Positions 29,210 through 38,015 of a stretch of 64,000 nt of DNA are shown piece by piece. The translations under genes and the position numbers were made by a program. This DNA comes from Rhizobiaceae bacterium. GTDB taxonomy: Bacteria > Pseudomonadota > Alphaproteobacteria > Rhizobiales > Rhizobiaceae. Numbering within the stretch: position 1 is the stretch's first letter; each line of letters begins with the position of its first letter. The notes below the pieces were generated by a model that saw only the letters and a list, made by a program, of their open reading frames with translations, did no database searches and had not been told where the DNA came from. The stretch lies in the NCBI GenBank assembly GCA_035547755.1, contig DASZUG010000055.1, positions 5,562-69,561 of the forward strand, given 5' to 3'.

Positions 29210-29244
29210 TTGCGGAGCCGAAACTCTCTGACTAAAGTCAGAGA
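29210..29244 (+). promoter_or_regulatory. Sigma70-like promoter overlapped by a perfect palindromic operator
   Basis: TTGCGG(29210)-N17-TAAAGT(29233); TCTCTGACT-AA-AGTCAGAGA (29225-44) abuts the ATG. Confidence 0.6.
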
Positions 29245-30147
29245 ATGGAAATCGGCCAGGTCAAGCAGGTCCGCAGTTTCAATCGGCTGGTAACGCAGCG
29301 TGTCGGCGCGCTCCAGGACAGTTATGTCTCGCGCGGGCGGCCGCTCGCGGAAGCGCGGTTGATCTTCGAGATTGGTGCGCTGGGCGGCAGTGCTGATTTG
29401 CGCCTGCTCAGAAACAGGCTCGGTCTCGATTCGGGCTATCTCAGCAGGCTTCTGCGTTCCCTCGAAGGGCAGGGCATGGCCGAGGTGCGGAAAGGCCCGG
29501 CTGACGGGCGCGTGCGCGAAGCGGCTCTGACGGCGAAAGGCAGGCGGGAATACCGGACCTACGACACGCTGTCCGATCGCTTGGCCGAGGAAATCCTGGC
29601 GTCGCTCGGTCCATCGCAGCGCGAAAGACTTGTCGCGGCGATGGCGGAAGTCGAAAGGCTGATCCGTGTTGCAGGCCTGATGATTGAGCTTGAACCGCCG
29701 GAAAGCGCGGATGCGCATTGGTGTCTGGAACACTATTTCCTCGAATTGACCGAACGCTTCGATGCCGGCTTCGACCCGGCGAACGGCAACATGCTGACCG
29801 CGGAGGAGATGACGCCGCCTGCCGGCTGGCTGCTCGTCGCGAGGCTCGATGGCGAGTCTGTCGGGTGCGGCGTCCTGAAGCGGCTGGACGAGGCGACCGG
29901 CGAGATCAAGCGCGTCTGGACGGCGTCCTCCGTTCGTGGCCTCGGCGTGGCGAGCAGGCTGATGGACCGGCTGGAGGCGCTGGCGATCGAGCAGGGGTTC
30001 AAGACCGTGAAGCTCGACACCAACAAGGCGCTGACTGAGGCGCGCCAGCTTTACCTCAAACGCGGCTATGGCGAGATCGCGCGCTACAACGACAATCCCT
30101 ACGCTCATCACTGGTTCGAGAAATCCCTGTCCGGGAAGGGTGCGTAG
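29245..30147 (+). CDS. MarR winged-HTH / GNAT acetyltransferase fusion
   Basis: VRSFNRLVTQRVG, LDSGYLSRLLRSLE, DGRVR; GEIKRVW, RGLGVAS, LYLKRGY. Confidence 0.9.
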   Translation: MEIGQVKQVRSFNRLVTQRVGALQDSYVSRGRPLAEARLIFEIGALGGSADLRLLRNRLGLDSGYLSRLLRSLEGQGMAEVRKGPADGRVREAALTAKGRREYRTYDTLSDRLAEEILASLGPSQRERLVAAMAEVERLIRVAGLMIELEPPESADAHWCLEHYFLELTERFDAGFDPANGNMLTAEEMTPPAGWLLVARLDGESVGCGVLKRLDEATGEIKRVWTASSVRGLGVASRLMDRLEALAIEQGFKTVKLDTNKALTEARQLYLKRGYGEIARYNDNPYAHHWFEKSLSGKGA

Positions 30148-30158
30148 GGTTCTTCGCT

Positions 30159-30518
30159 TCAGCCGGCGAGCGTTGCACCGGGACGGAAGTGCACGATAGG
30201 GCGGATTTCATAGACCGCCGTCGGGTTGACGCTGCGCAAATCGCGCGCCGCCGCGACCGCTTCGTCCTCCGTTTCGAAATCCATGATGTAGAAACCGAGA
30301 AGCTGCTCCTTGGTTTCCGCGAAGGGGCCGTCCATGACGGCGTCCCGAAGCGTGACCGCGTTCTTCGTTGCGCCGAGGCGGGCGGCCGGCCCCAGGCTTC
30401 CCTTCTCCGTCAGCCGCTCATGGATGCGCTCGAGATCCGCCATCAAGGCGGCGTCCTCCGCAGCGCTCATGGAGCTTATCTTTTCCTCGACGTGATAGGC
30501 CAGAATCGCATAGAGCAT
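30159..30518 (-). CDS. YciI family protein
   Basis: MLYAIL, DGPFAETKEQLLGFY, YEIRP. Confidence 0.9.
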   Translation of the reverse strand: MLYAILAYHVEEKISSMSAAEDAALMADLERIHERLTEKGSLGPAARLGATKNAVTLRDAVMDGPFAETKEQLLGFYIMDFETEDEAVAAARDLRSVNPTAVYEIRPIVHFRPGATLAG

Positions 30519-30545
30519 CGGTAGGTCCTCCCGGTTCGAGCTTTC

Positions 30546-31730
30546 CTATTTCCTCAGGAATTTTTCCATCCTGTCGATGGCGCGCAGGATGTTCTCTTCC
30601 GAATTGGCGTAGGACAGCCTGAGATAGCCTTCGCCGAGAATTCCAAAATCCGGCCCGCCGATCAGCGCCACGCCGGCTTCTTCGAGGAGGGCCGAGGCGA
30701 GCTTCTTCGCCTGCCAGCCCGCCTCCTTGACATTGGGGAAGGCGTAAAAGGCGCCCTTGGGCGTGGCGCAGGAGACGCCGGGAAGTCCATTCAGTCCTTC
30801 GACGACGATCCTGCGGCGCCTGTCGAAAGCCTTCAGCATCTTTTCGACTTCGTCCTGTGGGCCGTCGATCGCGGCGATGCCGGCAAACTGGCTCGGCGCG
30901 TTGACGCAGGACCAGCAATTGACGGCGAGCTTGCGCACCTTGTCGTAGAGCATCCCGCTTTTCGGAGAATTCGGCCAGATCGACCAACCCATGCGCCAGC
31001 CGGTCATCGCCCAGGTCTTCGACCAGCCATTCAGCACGATGAGGCGGTCGCGGATTTCGGGGAAGGTGAGGAGAGAGGTTGCCTTCTCGCCGTCATAGGT
31101 CATCACATCGTAGATCTCGTCGGAGAGGATGGCGATTTCGGGAAATCGCTCTAGCCCCTTGACCAGCTTTTCGATCTCCGCGCGCGGCGTCACGCCGCCC
31201 GTCGGGTTGGCCGGCGAGTTGAGGATCAGAAGCCGCGTTTTCGGCGTGATGAGGGAGAGCGTTTCCTCCGCCGAAAAGGCGAAGCCGTTTTCCTCTCGGA
31301 CCGGAACTGGAACGGGCGTCGCGCCGGTGAACTCGATCATGGAGCGGTAGATCGGGAAACCGGGATCGGGATAGAGGATTTCCGCGCCCGATTCGCCGAA
31401 CATGATGATCGCCGCATACATTGTCGGCTTTCCGCCGGGCATGATCATGATGTTTTCGGGCGAGACCTCCACGCCCGTCATCGCCAGTGTCCGGCGCGCC
31501 ACGGCCTCGCGACAGGCGAGCAGCCCGGTAGCGGGCGTGTAGCCATGATGTCCGTCGCGCAGCGCCTTGATTGCGGCCTCGACAATGTGATCGGGCGTGC
31601 GGAAATCCGGCTGACCGATGCCGAGATTGATGATATCCCGCCCTTGCTGGGCGAGCGCCGTCGCGCGCGCCAGCACGGCGAAGGCGTTTTCCTCGCCTAT
31701 CCGATCAAAGGCGGAAACTGTGTGGAGCAT
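30546..31730 (-). CDS. PLP-dependent aminotransferase class I/II
   Basis: LGIGQPDF, NSPANPTG, SDEIY, NGWSKTWAMTGWRMG, GAFY. Confidence 0.93.
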   Translation of the reverse strand: MLHTVSAFDRIGEENAFAVLARATALAQQGRDIINLGIGQPDFRTPDHIVEAAIKALRDGHHGYTPATGLLACREAVARRTLAMTGVEVSPENIMIMPGGKPTMYAAIIMFGESGAEILYPDPGFPIYRSMIEFTGATPVPVPVREENGFAFSAEETLSLITPKTRLLILNSPANPTGGVTPRAEIEKLVKGLERFPEIAILSDEIYDVMTYDGEKATSLLTFPEIRDRLIVLNGWSKTWAMTGWRMGWSIWPNSPKSGMLYDKVRKLAVNCWSCVNAPSQFAGIAAIDGPQDEVEKMLKAFDRRRRIVVEGLNGLPGVSCATPKGAFYAFPNVKEAGWQAKKLASALLEEAGVALIGGPDFGILGEGYLRLSYANSEENILRAIDRMEKFLRK

Positions 31731-31808
31731 CTGACGGTCCGTCTGGTCCAGTTGTAATTGAGAAGGTTTTGTGGACCTTCTCCTGCTTTGTCAAACGGAA
31801 TGACACCG

Positions 31809-32495
31809 ATGAGCGCATCGCTGAAAGACTGGACGCCGCGTCAACGCCCGGATCGCCGTACATTCGAAGGGCGGTATGTCAAGATTGAGCCGCTCGACGC
31901 AGCCTATCATGGCGACGGCCTTTACGCGGCTTCCACAGTGCCCGACGCGGAGCGCCTTTTTCGCTATCTGCCGGACTACCCGCCGGCGAGCCGTCCGGCC
32001 TTTCAGCCCTGGCTCGACAAGGCGGAGCGCAGCGAGGATCCGCTTTTCTTCACCATCATCGACAAGGCGAGCGGCGAAATCGCCGGGCGGCAGACGCTGA
32101 TGCGGATAGACACGAACAATGGCGTGATCGAGATCGGCAATGTCTATTGGAGCCCGCTCATGGCGCGCAAGCCGGCGGCGACGGAAGCGTTGTTCCTTTT
32201 CGCGCAATATGTTTTCGACGAACTCGGCTATCGCCGTTTCGAATGGAAATGCCACAACGACAATCTGCCCTCGAAACGCGCGGCGGAACGTTTCGGCTTT
32301 GCCTTCGAGGGCATTTTCCGGCAGCATGTGGTGGTCAAGGGCGCGAACCGGGACACGGCCTGGTTCGGCATGATCGACAAGGAATGGCCGGAAAACCGCA
32401 AGGCTTTTGAAGAATGGCTCGATCCGGCTAATTTCGACAAGGACGGCATCCAGAAGAGGCGGCTCGAGGAGATACGCGCCAGCATCTCGGCCTGA
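31809..32495 (+). CDS. RimJ/RimL-type GNAT acetyltransferase
   Basis: GVIEIG, LGYRRFEWKC..DN.PS.RAAERFGF.FEG.FRQ, NRDTAW. Confidence 0.9.
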   Translation: MSASLKDWTPRQRPDRRTFEGRYVKIEPLDAAYHGDGLYAASTVPDAERLFRYLPDYPPASRPAFQPWLDKAERSEDPLFFTIIDKASGEIAGRQTLMRIDTNNGVIEIGNVYWSPLMARKPAATEALFLFAQYVFDELGYRRFEWKCHNDNLPSKRAAERFGFAFEGIFRQHVVVKGANRDTAWFGMIDKEWPENRKAFEEWLDPANFDKDGIQKRRLEEIRASISA

Positions 32496-32514
32496 AAGGT
32501 TTACGCTGAACGAC

Positions 32515-33480
32515 ATGGCACAGGAGCATCACCACGGGCATTCCGATCATGGGCATCGCCATGATCACGCCCCCGGTCATCATCACCATGATCATGCCGG
32601 CGGCCATGTCCACGGGGGTAGCGACAAGAAACGTGTCCTTATCGCCGCCTGTCTTACGGGCGCTTTCATGGTCGCCGAGGCTGTGAGCGGCCTGCTTGTC
32701 GGCTCACTCGCGCTTTTGGCGGATGCCGGCCACATGCTGACAGATGCGGTGTCGCTCGGTTTTGCTTGGTACGCGTTCCATCTCGCCGAGCGTCCTGCGA
32801 CGCCCGCCCACACCTATGGTTTCGACCGGGTGAAAACGCTTGTCGCCTATAGCAACGGACTGGCGATCTTCTTCATCGGAGCCTGGATCGTCGTCGAGGC
32901 CATCGGGCGCTTTGCGTCGCCTGAGAAGGTTCTCGGCGTGCCCATGCTGATCGTTGCAGCCGTCGGTCTTGCCGTGAATATCGGCATATTCCTCGTCCTT
33001 CATGGCGGTGATCGCGAGAATCTGAACATGCGCGGCGCCATCATTCATGTTGCGGGCGACATGCTGGGATCGGTGGCGGCGCTTGTCGCCGCGGCGGTTA
33101 TCATCATGACGGGGTGGTATCCGATCGATCCTATACTTTCGGTGGTGGTTGCGGTGGTGATTTTCGCCGCCGCCGGCCGGCTGATGCGCGATGCTGGCCG
33201 GGTATTGCTCGAAGGCGTGCCGAGGAGCCTCGACCGCGACGAAATCGCGCGCGACCTGGCGAACAATATCCGTGGCGTAAAAGGCATCCATCACGTGCAT
33301 GTCTGGTCGCTTGATGGTTCCAAGAACATGGCCACGTTGCACGCTCTCCTCGAAGATGGGGCCGATCCCTATGAAGCGACCGTCGCCATCAAGGCCCGCC
33401 TTGCACAGAGCCATAAAATCGGCCATGCCACGGTGGAAACGGAATTCGGCCACTGCGCCGACGGCCGGGTGTTGCACTGA
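32515..33480 (+). CDS. Cation diffusion facilitator (CzcD/ZitB-like) with His-rich N-terminus
   Basis: SLALLADAGHMLTD, HTYGFDR, NMRGAIIHVAGD, HHVHVWSL, HATVE. Confidence 0.93.
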   Translation: MAQEHHHGHSDHGHRHDHAPGHHHHDHAGGHVHGGSDKKRVLIAACLTGAFMVAEAVSGLLVGSLALLADAGHMLTDAVSLGFAWYAFHLAERPATPAHTYGFDRVKTLVAYSNGLAIFFIGAWIVVEAIGRFASPEKVLGVPMLIVAAVGLAVNIGIFLVLHGGDRENLNMRGAIIHVAGDMLGSVAALVAAAVIIMTGWYPIDPILSVVVAVVIFAAAGRLMRDAGRVLLEGVPRSLDRDEIARDLANNIRGVKGIHHVHVWSLDGSKNMATLHALLEDGADPYEATVAIKARLAQSHKIGHATVETEFGHCADGRVLH

Positions 33481-33535
33481 CGATCAACGACGAAAAGGGT
33501 CGGCGTGCGCCGGCCCTATCCTTGCAGGAGAGGGA

Positions 33536-34294
33536 ATGCCAGGACGGTTGAAGGACAGGATCGCGGTCGTGACCGCCGCGGGACAGGGTATCGGCCGCGC
33601 GATTGTGGAAGCATTCGTGCGGGAAGGGGCGACGGTTTATGCCTCCGATGTCGACAGATCCAAGCTCGAGGGTCTGGCGCGCGCGAAAAAAGCCAAGCTC
33701 GACGTCCTCTCGACGCGAGCCGTCGAAAGCTATGCCGCCAAGATCGGCGAAATCGACATTCTGGTGAACGTCGCCGGTTTCGTCCATCATGGAACTGTGC
33801 TCGACTGCACGGAAAAGGACTGGGATTTCTCGTTCGACCTCAACGTCAAATCGATGCACCGTATGATCAGGACGTTTATGCCGGGCATGCTGGCGCGCGC
33901 TGAAGCGCGCGGCAAATCGGGATCGATCGTCAATCTGTCCTCCGGCGCATCGTCGCTCAAGGGAGCGCCGAACCGCTATGTTTATGGGGCTACCAAGGCG
34001 GCGGTGATTGGACTGACGAAGGCCGTCGCGGCCGATTTCGTGGGCAAGGGTATACGCTGCAACGCCATCTGTCCCGGTACGATCCGCTCCCCGTCATGGG
34101 AAGAACGCGTCGAGGACCTCGGTAAAACAATCGGCGGCAAGGACAAGGCGCTCGACATGTTCGTCCAGCGCCAGCCGATGGGGCGTGTCGGCGAGCCGGA
34201 AGAAGTGGCGGCGCTGGCGCTTTATCTCGCGTCGGACGAAAGCTCCTTCACGACCGGCGCCGCCATCCCGGTGGATGGCGGGTGGCTGATTTGA
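33536..34294 (+). CDS. SDR oxidoreductase (BDH2/sugar-acid dehydrogenase-like)
   Basis: TAAGQGIG, NVAGFVHHG, YGATK, CNAICPGTI, RQPMGR, VDGGW. Confidence 0.9.
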   Translation: MPGRLKDRIAVVTAAGQGIGRAIVEAFVREGATVYASDVDRSKLEGLARAKKAKLDVLSTRAVESYAAKIGEIDILVNVAGFVHHGTVLDCTEKDWDFSFDLNVKSMHRMIRTFMPGMLARAEARGKSGSIVNLSSGASSLKGAPNRYVYGATKAAVIGLTKAVAADFVGKGIRCNAICPGTIRSPSWEERVEDLGKTIGGKDKALDMFVQRQPMGRVGEPEEVAALALYLASDESSFTTGAAIPVDGGWLI

Positions 34295-34497
34295 CCGAGG
34301 AGAATCGCAAATCGGCCATTGCCGCGGCGATCATCCTTTTCGGGTTCGGCGTGGCATGGATTTTCATGCCGCGCATCATGCTCGCGGTCGGCAGCGTCTC
34401 GACCATCGCCGCCGGCATACTGGCGATCGCCTTCGTCGGCGCCTTCTTCCTGATATTCTGGCTGCGCAGCAGGAGTCAGAACAAGAAGCGGCACTGA
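34291..34497 (+). CDS. Small two-TM membrane protein (start 34282 or 34291)
   Basis: Two hydrophobic helices, basic tail; TTGA overlap with upstream SDR. Confidence 0.6.
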   Translation: MTEENRKSAIAAAIILFGFGVAWIFMPRIMLAVGSVSTIAAGILAIAFVGAFFLIFWLRSRSQNKKRH

Positions 34498-34538
34498 TAA
34501 GGCGCAAGTCAGGGCATAATGCGATCAAACGGCAGCGT

Positions 34539-35993
34539 TCACGCATCCTTGGCGAGGAGCGCTTCCGGCTTGACGGGCTCGAGCGTTTCGGCGCGAGGCA
34601 GCCGCAGTTCGGTGATCAGCCCGCCGCCCGGCCTGTTCGCAAGCCTGATATCGCCGCCAAAACTTCGCGCTATGGTGCGGGCGATAGTGAGGCCGAGACC
34701 AAAGCCGCCGGTTTCCCGGCTGCGTGATTCCTCCACCCTGGTAAAGGGCCGAAAAACGGCATCCAGCTTGGCCTGCGGGATACCGGGTCCTTCGTCGCGG
34801 ATGGTGAGCACGATGTCTCCCTCATCACGTGCAAGGCTCACATGGGCTTTGCCGCCATATGTCACAGCATTGTCGACCAGATTGGTGATGCAGCGCCGAA
34901 GCGCGATCGGCCGCCCGACGCAGACGAGGCCGCGCGAGGGGATGGTCTCTCCGTCGAAGGACACCTCCTTATAGGCATCCACGATCGAATCGACCAGGGA
35001 TCGCATATCGATGCGCTCGTCGGCCTCGTCCCTTACTTCGAAAGTGGCGAAATCCACCACCGAGCGCGAGATTGCCTCTATGTCCGAGAGATCATGGAGT
35101 AGGGAGGATTTGAGCTTCTTGTTGGTCAGGAGTTCCAGCCGCAATTTCATGCGGGTCAGCGGCGTGCGCAGGTCATGCGCAAGCGCTGCAGCCAGTTGTT
35201 CGCGATCCTCGACATAGTCGCGCAGCCGCGCCTGCATCGCGTTGACCACCCGTGCGGCGGATTTGTATTGCGGGCTGCCGCTCTCGGGCAGCGGAGGGCT
35301 TTTCAGATCCTCGCCCAGCCTTTTCACCGCGCTTTCGAGCAGGCGGTAGGGCGCCGTCAGCCCGCGAAGCGCCCAGATTGAAAGGACGACGACAAAAGCG
35401 GCGACCAATACCAGAAGCGCCAGCGTCCTTCCCGTCAGGAGTGGGCTGACCGGCGTCAGCGGCATGACGAAATTCAGCCATTGCCCGTCCTTGAATTCGA
35501 TGGACGCCAGAAGCCGAGCGCTTTGGGAAATGCTGGCGGCAAGGCGCAGGAACTCATGCTCGATCTGTCCGACATCCGGATCGGGGGTGAAGGCCGGCGG
35601 CTCCGTCGAAGATGCGTCGGCGGATTCCCGCCTGATCCTCGCTTCGACGACCCCGAACTTCGTCAAACGGGCGACGATATCGTCTTCCAGTTCGGCGAGA
35701 TCGTCGTCGGAGGGGATCGCCGTGCTGATCGCGGGCGTATCGGTAATCGTCACCACGAAGGCAGAATTCGTCAGCCGGGCGGCAAGCTGTTTGCGTTCCG
35801 CCGGGCTGAGGGAATTGAGAAGCTTCACCAGCGAGAACGCCCGGTCGCTAAGGCGGAAGAGTTCAAGCAAATTGTTGGAGGCGGCTCTTTCCCTGTTGAC
35901 GATGGAAAGCGTTGTCACCTGCGTGATCGCCAGTCCCGCGATGAGGATCAGCAGGAACCATGCGGGCAGGGTCTGGGGCAGGAACCGCCTCAT
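34539..35993 (-). CDS. Sensor histidine kinase (periplasmic sensor, HAMP, HisKA, HATPase; EnvZ-like)
   Basis: Two TMs, LAHDLRTPLTRM H-box, NLVDNA, DEGPGIP, SRSRETGGFGLGL. Confidence 0.95.
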   Translation of the reverse strand: MRRFLPQTLPAWFLLILIAGLAITQVTTLSIVNRERAASNNLLELFRLSDRAFSLVKLLNSLSPAERKQLAARLTNSAFVVTITDTPAISTAIPSDDDLAELEDDIVARLTKFGVVEARIRRESADASSTEPPAFTPDPDVGQIEHEFLRLAASISQSARLLASIEFKDGQWLNFVMPLTPVSPLLTGRTLALLVLVAAFVVVLSIWALRGLTAPYRLLESAVKRLGEDLKSPPLPESGSPQYKSAARVVNAMQARLRDYVEDREQLAAALAHDLRTPLTRMKLRLELLTNKKLKSSLLHDLSDIEAISRSVVDFATFEVRDEADERIDMRSLVDSIVDAYKEVSFDGETIPSRGLVCVGRPIALRRCITNLVDNAVTYGGKAHVSLARDEGDIVLTIRDEGPGIPQAKLDAVFRPFTRVEESRSRETGGFGLGLTIARTIARSFGGDIRLANRPGGGLITELRLPRAETLEPVKPEALLAKDA

Positions 35994-36706
35994 TCGATCG
36001 CTATTTCCGGCACGAACTGGTAGCCGCCGCCGCGCACCGTCAGGATCAGCTTGGGCGAACGGGGATCATCTTCCATCTTGCGGCGCAACCGGCTGACGAG
36101 AATGTCCACGCTGCGGTCATAGCCATATTCGTTGTCGTTGCCCGCCAGTTCCATCAACTGGTCGCGGGAAAGCACGCGTTGGGAACTCTTGACGAGCGCC
36201 TGCAGCAGATTGAACTCGGCGGTGGTCAGTTCCACGCGAACGTCGCCAGGCGCGATCAGCCGTCGGCGCGCGCAGTCGAGCGTCCAGCCGGCGAATTTGT
36301 AGATCTGCGGCTCCTGGCGCTGGGAAGGCCCCGCCATTGCAGGCCGACGGAGGACGGCGCGCACCCGCGCGAGAAGTTCGCGGGGATCGAAGGGCTTGGG
36401 CACATAGTCATCGGCCCCCATTTCCAGGCCCACCACCCGGTCAACCGTCTCCGTCACGGCCGTCAGCATGATGATGGGGACGCGCGACCATGCGCGGATT
36501 TCACGGCAGATATCGAGGCCGCTTTTGCCTGGCAGCATGACGTCGAGGATAAGCAGATCGACAGCAGCGTGCCGCATCGATGCCTGCATTTCCTCGGCAT
36601 CGCCGGCAACGCTGACGCGCAGGCCATGCTTCAGGAAAAACTCCTGCAGCAAGTCACGTATTTCCCTGTCGTCGTCAACGATCAGAATATGCGCGTCGGT
36701 CTTCAC
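35990..36706 (-). CDS. OmpR-family response regulator (GTG start inferred)
   Basis: ILIVDDD, LDVMLPG, GADDYVPKPF, LTTAEF, RSVDILVSRLRRK, TVRGGGY. Confidence 0.95.
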   Translation of the reverse strand: MKTDAHILIVDDDREIRDLLQEFFLKHGLRVSVAGDAEEMQASMRHAAVDLLILDVMLPGKSGLDICREIRAWSRVPIIMLTAVTETVDRVVGLEMGADDYVPKPFDPRELLARVRAVLRRPAMAGPSQRQEPQIYKFAGWTLDCARRRLIAPGDVRVELTTAEFNLLQALVKSSQRVLSRDQLMELAGNDNEYGYDRSVDILVSRLRRKMEDDPRSPKLILTVRGGGYQFVPEIAIE

Positions 36707-36815
36707 GCCGGTTTCCCTCACGATATACGAGGCCCGTTGCACCCACGGCAGTCGGCCGTAACCGCCAAGGGGCTTGAACATTGCTCATGGCGAATCTGCG
36801 GCAGGTCAAGCAGAA

Positions 36816-36876
36816 ACACAGATGCAACAAAATTCAACAAGCCAGAAAAATCCTCGACACGAATCGCTGCGATAAA
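36816..36876 (+). promoter_or_regulatory. Promoter P1: ACA-N8-ACAAAATT-N8-CAGAAAAA-N20-GATAAA
   Basis: Same motif and spacing as the copy at 37293-37353. Confidence 0.65.
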
Positions 36877-36972
36877 AGGCGCGGTCGGAGGGCCGTTTCG
36901 GACTTTTCCGCCATTTATCGCATGTTCAACACGTGGGCCCGGGTTTTACCCGCCCTACAAAAGGAAATGTCC

Positions 36973-37191
36973 ATGAAGAAGACCCTTTTCTCCGCGCTCG
37001 GCCTCGCCGTCGCCCTCGCCTTCTCCGCTCCGATGATCGGCAGCGCCGACGCCGCGACCGTCACGACCAAGACCGTCGTGAAGCATCCGGCTCACCATCA
37101 TCATCATCATGTTCGTCATCATCATGTCCGTCATCATCACCATCATCATGCGAAGCATGTCGTGGTGAAGAAGGTCGTGAAGAAGGGCTGA
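36973..37191 (+). CDS. Small secreted His-rich protein (45-aa mature, 17 His)
   Basis: SD AAGGA, Sec signal ending ADA, mature region HHHHHHVRHHHVRHHHHHH with no acidic residues. Confidence 0.8.
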   Translation: MKKTLFSALGLAVALAFSAPMIGSADAATVTTKTVVKHPAHHHHHHVRHHHVRHHHHHHAKHVVVKKVVKKG

Positions 37192-37221
37192 TTTCCGGCC
37201 GCTCCGGGAAGCATGTCAGTG

Positions 37222-37260
37222 AAGGCCGTTTCGTCTGCGAAAGCAACGGAGCGGCCTTTC
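37222..37260 (+). terminator. Probable terminator after His-rich gene
   Basis: AAGGCCGTTTCGT/ACGGAGCGGCCTT stem with short T tail. Confidence 0.5.
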
Positions 37261-37292
37261 CATGCCGGGCATCCGCCCGTCTCGCCGATGCT

Positions 37293-37353
37293 ACATTCCG
37301 GAAACAAAATTAAGCAGTTCAGAAAAACGCGCGCAAAACAGATTGCCCATAGT
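37293..37353 (+). promoter_or_regulatory. Promoter P2: ACA-N8-ACAAAATT-N8-CAGAAAAA-N20-CATAGT
   Basis: Duplicate of the P1 motif with identical spacing. Confidence 0.65.
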
Positions 37354-37387
37354 GGCATGTACGGTGTCAGGCGTCCGAAAGACTGAA

Positions 37388-37684
37388 ATGCGTGAACTCA
37401 TAATTGTCATCGCCGCCTTGCTTTGCGCCAGCGTTTCGACCGCAAGTCCGGTCACACCGCGGCCGACCAAAAGAGTGATGATCACGCGCATCCAGCGCTG
37501 TGAGGACATGCAACGTCAATTCAATCACGCAATCTCGCAACACGCCAAGGCCAAGCGAGCCGCCGAGGCGAGAGCACTTCAGAAAAAAGCCCAGAGATAC
37601 TGTGCCGGCAAAAGGCAGGCGCAGGGTATCCGGGCCTATGCGGAAGCACTGAAGCTGCTTGGGGTGCAGCCGATCGACCGATGA
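37388..37684 (+). CDS. Small secreted basic helical protein with two mature Cys
   Basis: Hydrophobic N-terminus, RCEDMQRQFNHAI...RYCAGK...LLGVQP. Confidence 0.65.
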   Translation: MRELIIVIAALLCASVSTASPVTPRPTKRVMITRIQRCEDMQRQFNHAISQHAKAKRAAEARALQKKAQRYCAGKRQAQGIRAYAEALKLLGVQPIDR

Positions 37685-37734
37685 GCGGAAGCATCTTTTC
37701 CTGGCTCGCAAACTCAATGAAGGAAACCCACATC

Positions 37735-37959
37735 ATGAAAAAGACCCTCCTTTCCGCGCTCGGCCTCGCCGTCGCCCTCGCTTTCTCGGTTCCGATGATC
37801 GCCCCGGCCAATGCGGCCGCTGCTGCTACGGCGACCACGACCGCCAAGAAGCCGATGGCCAAGAAGGCCACCCACAAGAAGGTCGTGCACAAGAAGGCGA
37901 CCCACAAGAAAGCCGCCCACAAGAAAATGGCGAAAAAGCCGGCCGCCAAGAAGAGCTGA
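37735..37959 (+). CDS. Small secreted Lys/His/Ala-rich protein with KKxxx repeats (Asr/histone H1-like composition)
   Basis: SD AAGGA, signal peptide 20/22 aa identical to the 36973 gene, KKATH/KKVVH/KKATH/KKAAH 15-bp tandem repeats. Confidence 0.82.
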   Translation: MKKTLLSALGLAVALAFSVPMIAPANAAAAATATTTAKKPMAKKATHKKVVHKKATHKKAAHKKMAKKPAAKKS

Positions 37960-38015
37960 GCCGCGCGGACGAATTCGCGGTTAGTGCGCCACAGAGCGCA
38001 TTTCTAGGCCGACTC

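Noticed and set aside
30507-30520. TAGAGCAT as a second Bru-RS-like copy
   Set aside because: It is the yciI start (MLYA) and lacks the rest of the element.
37850-37955. 15-bp tandem repeats as a possible CRISPR or non-coding array
   Set aside because: No unique spacers and no cas genes; they are in-frame KKxxH codon repeats.
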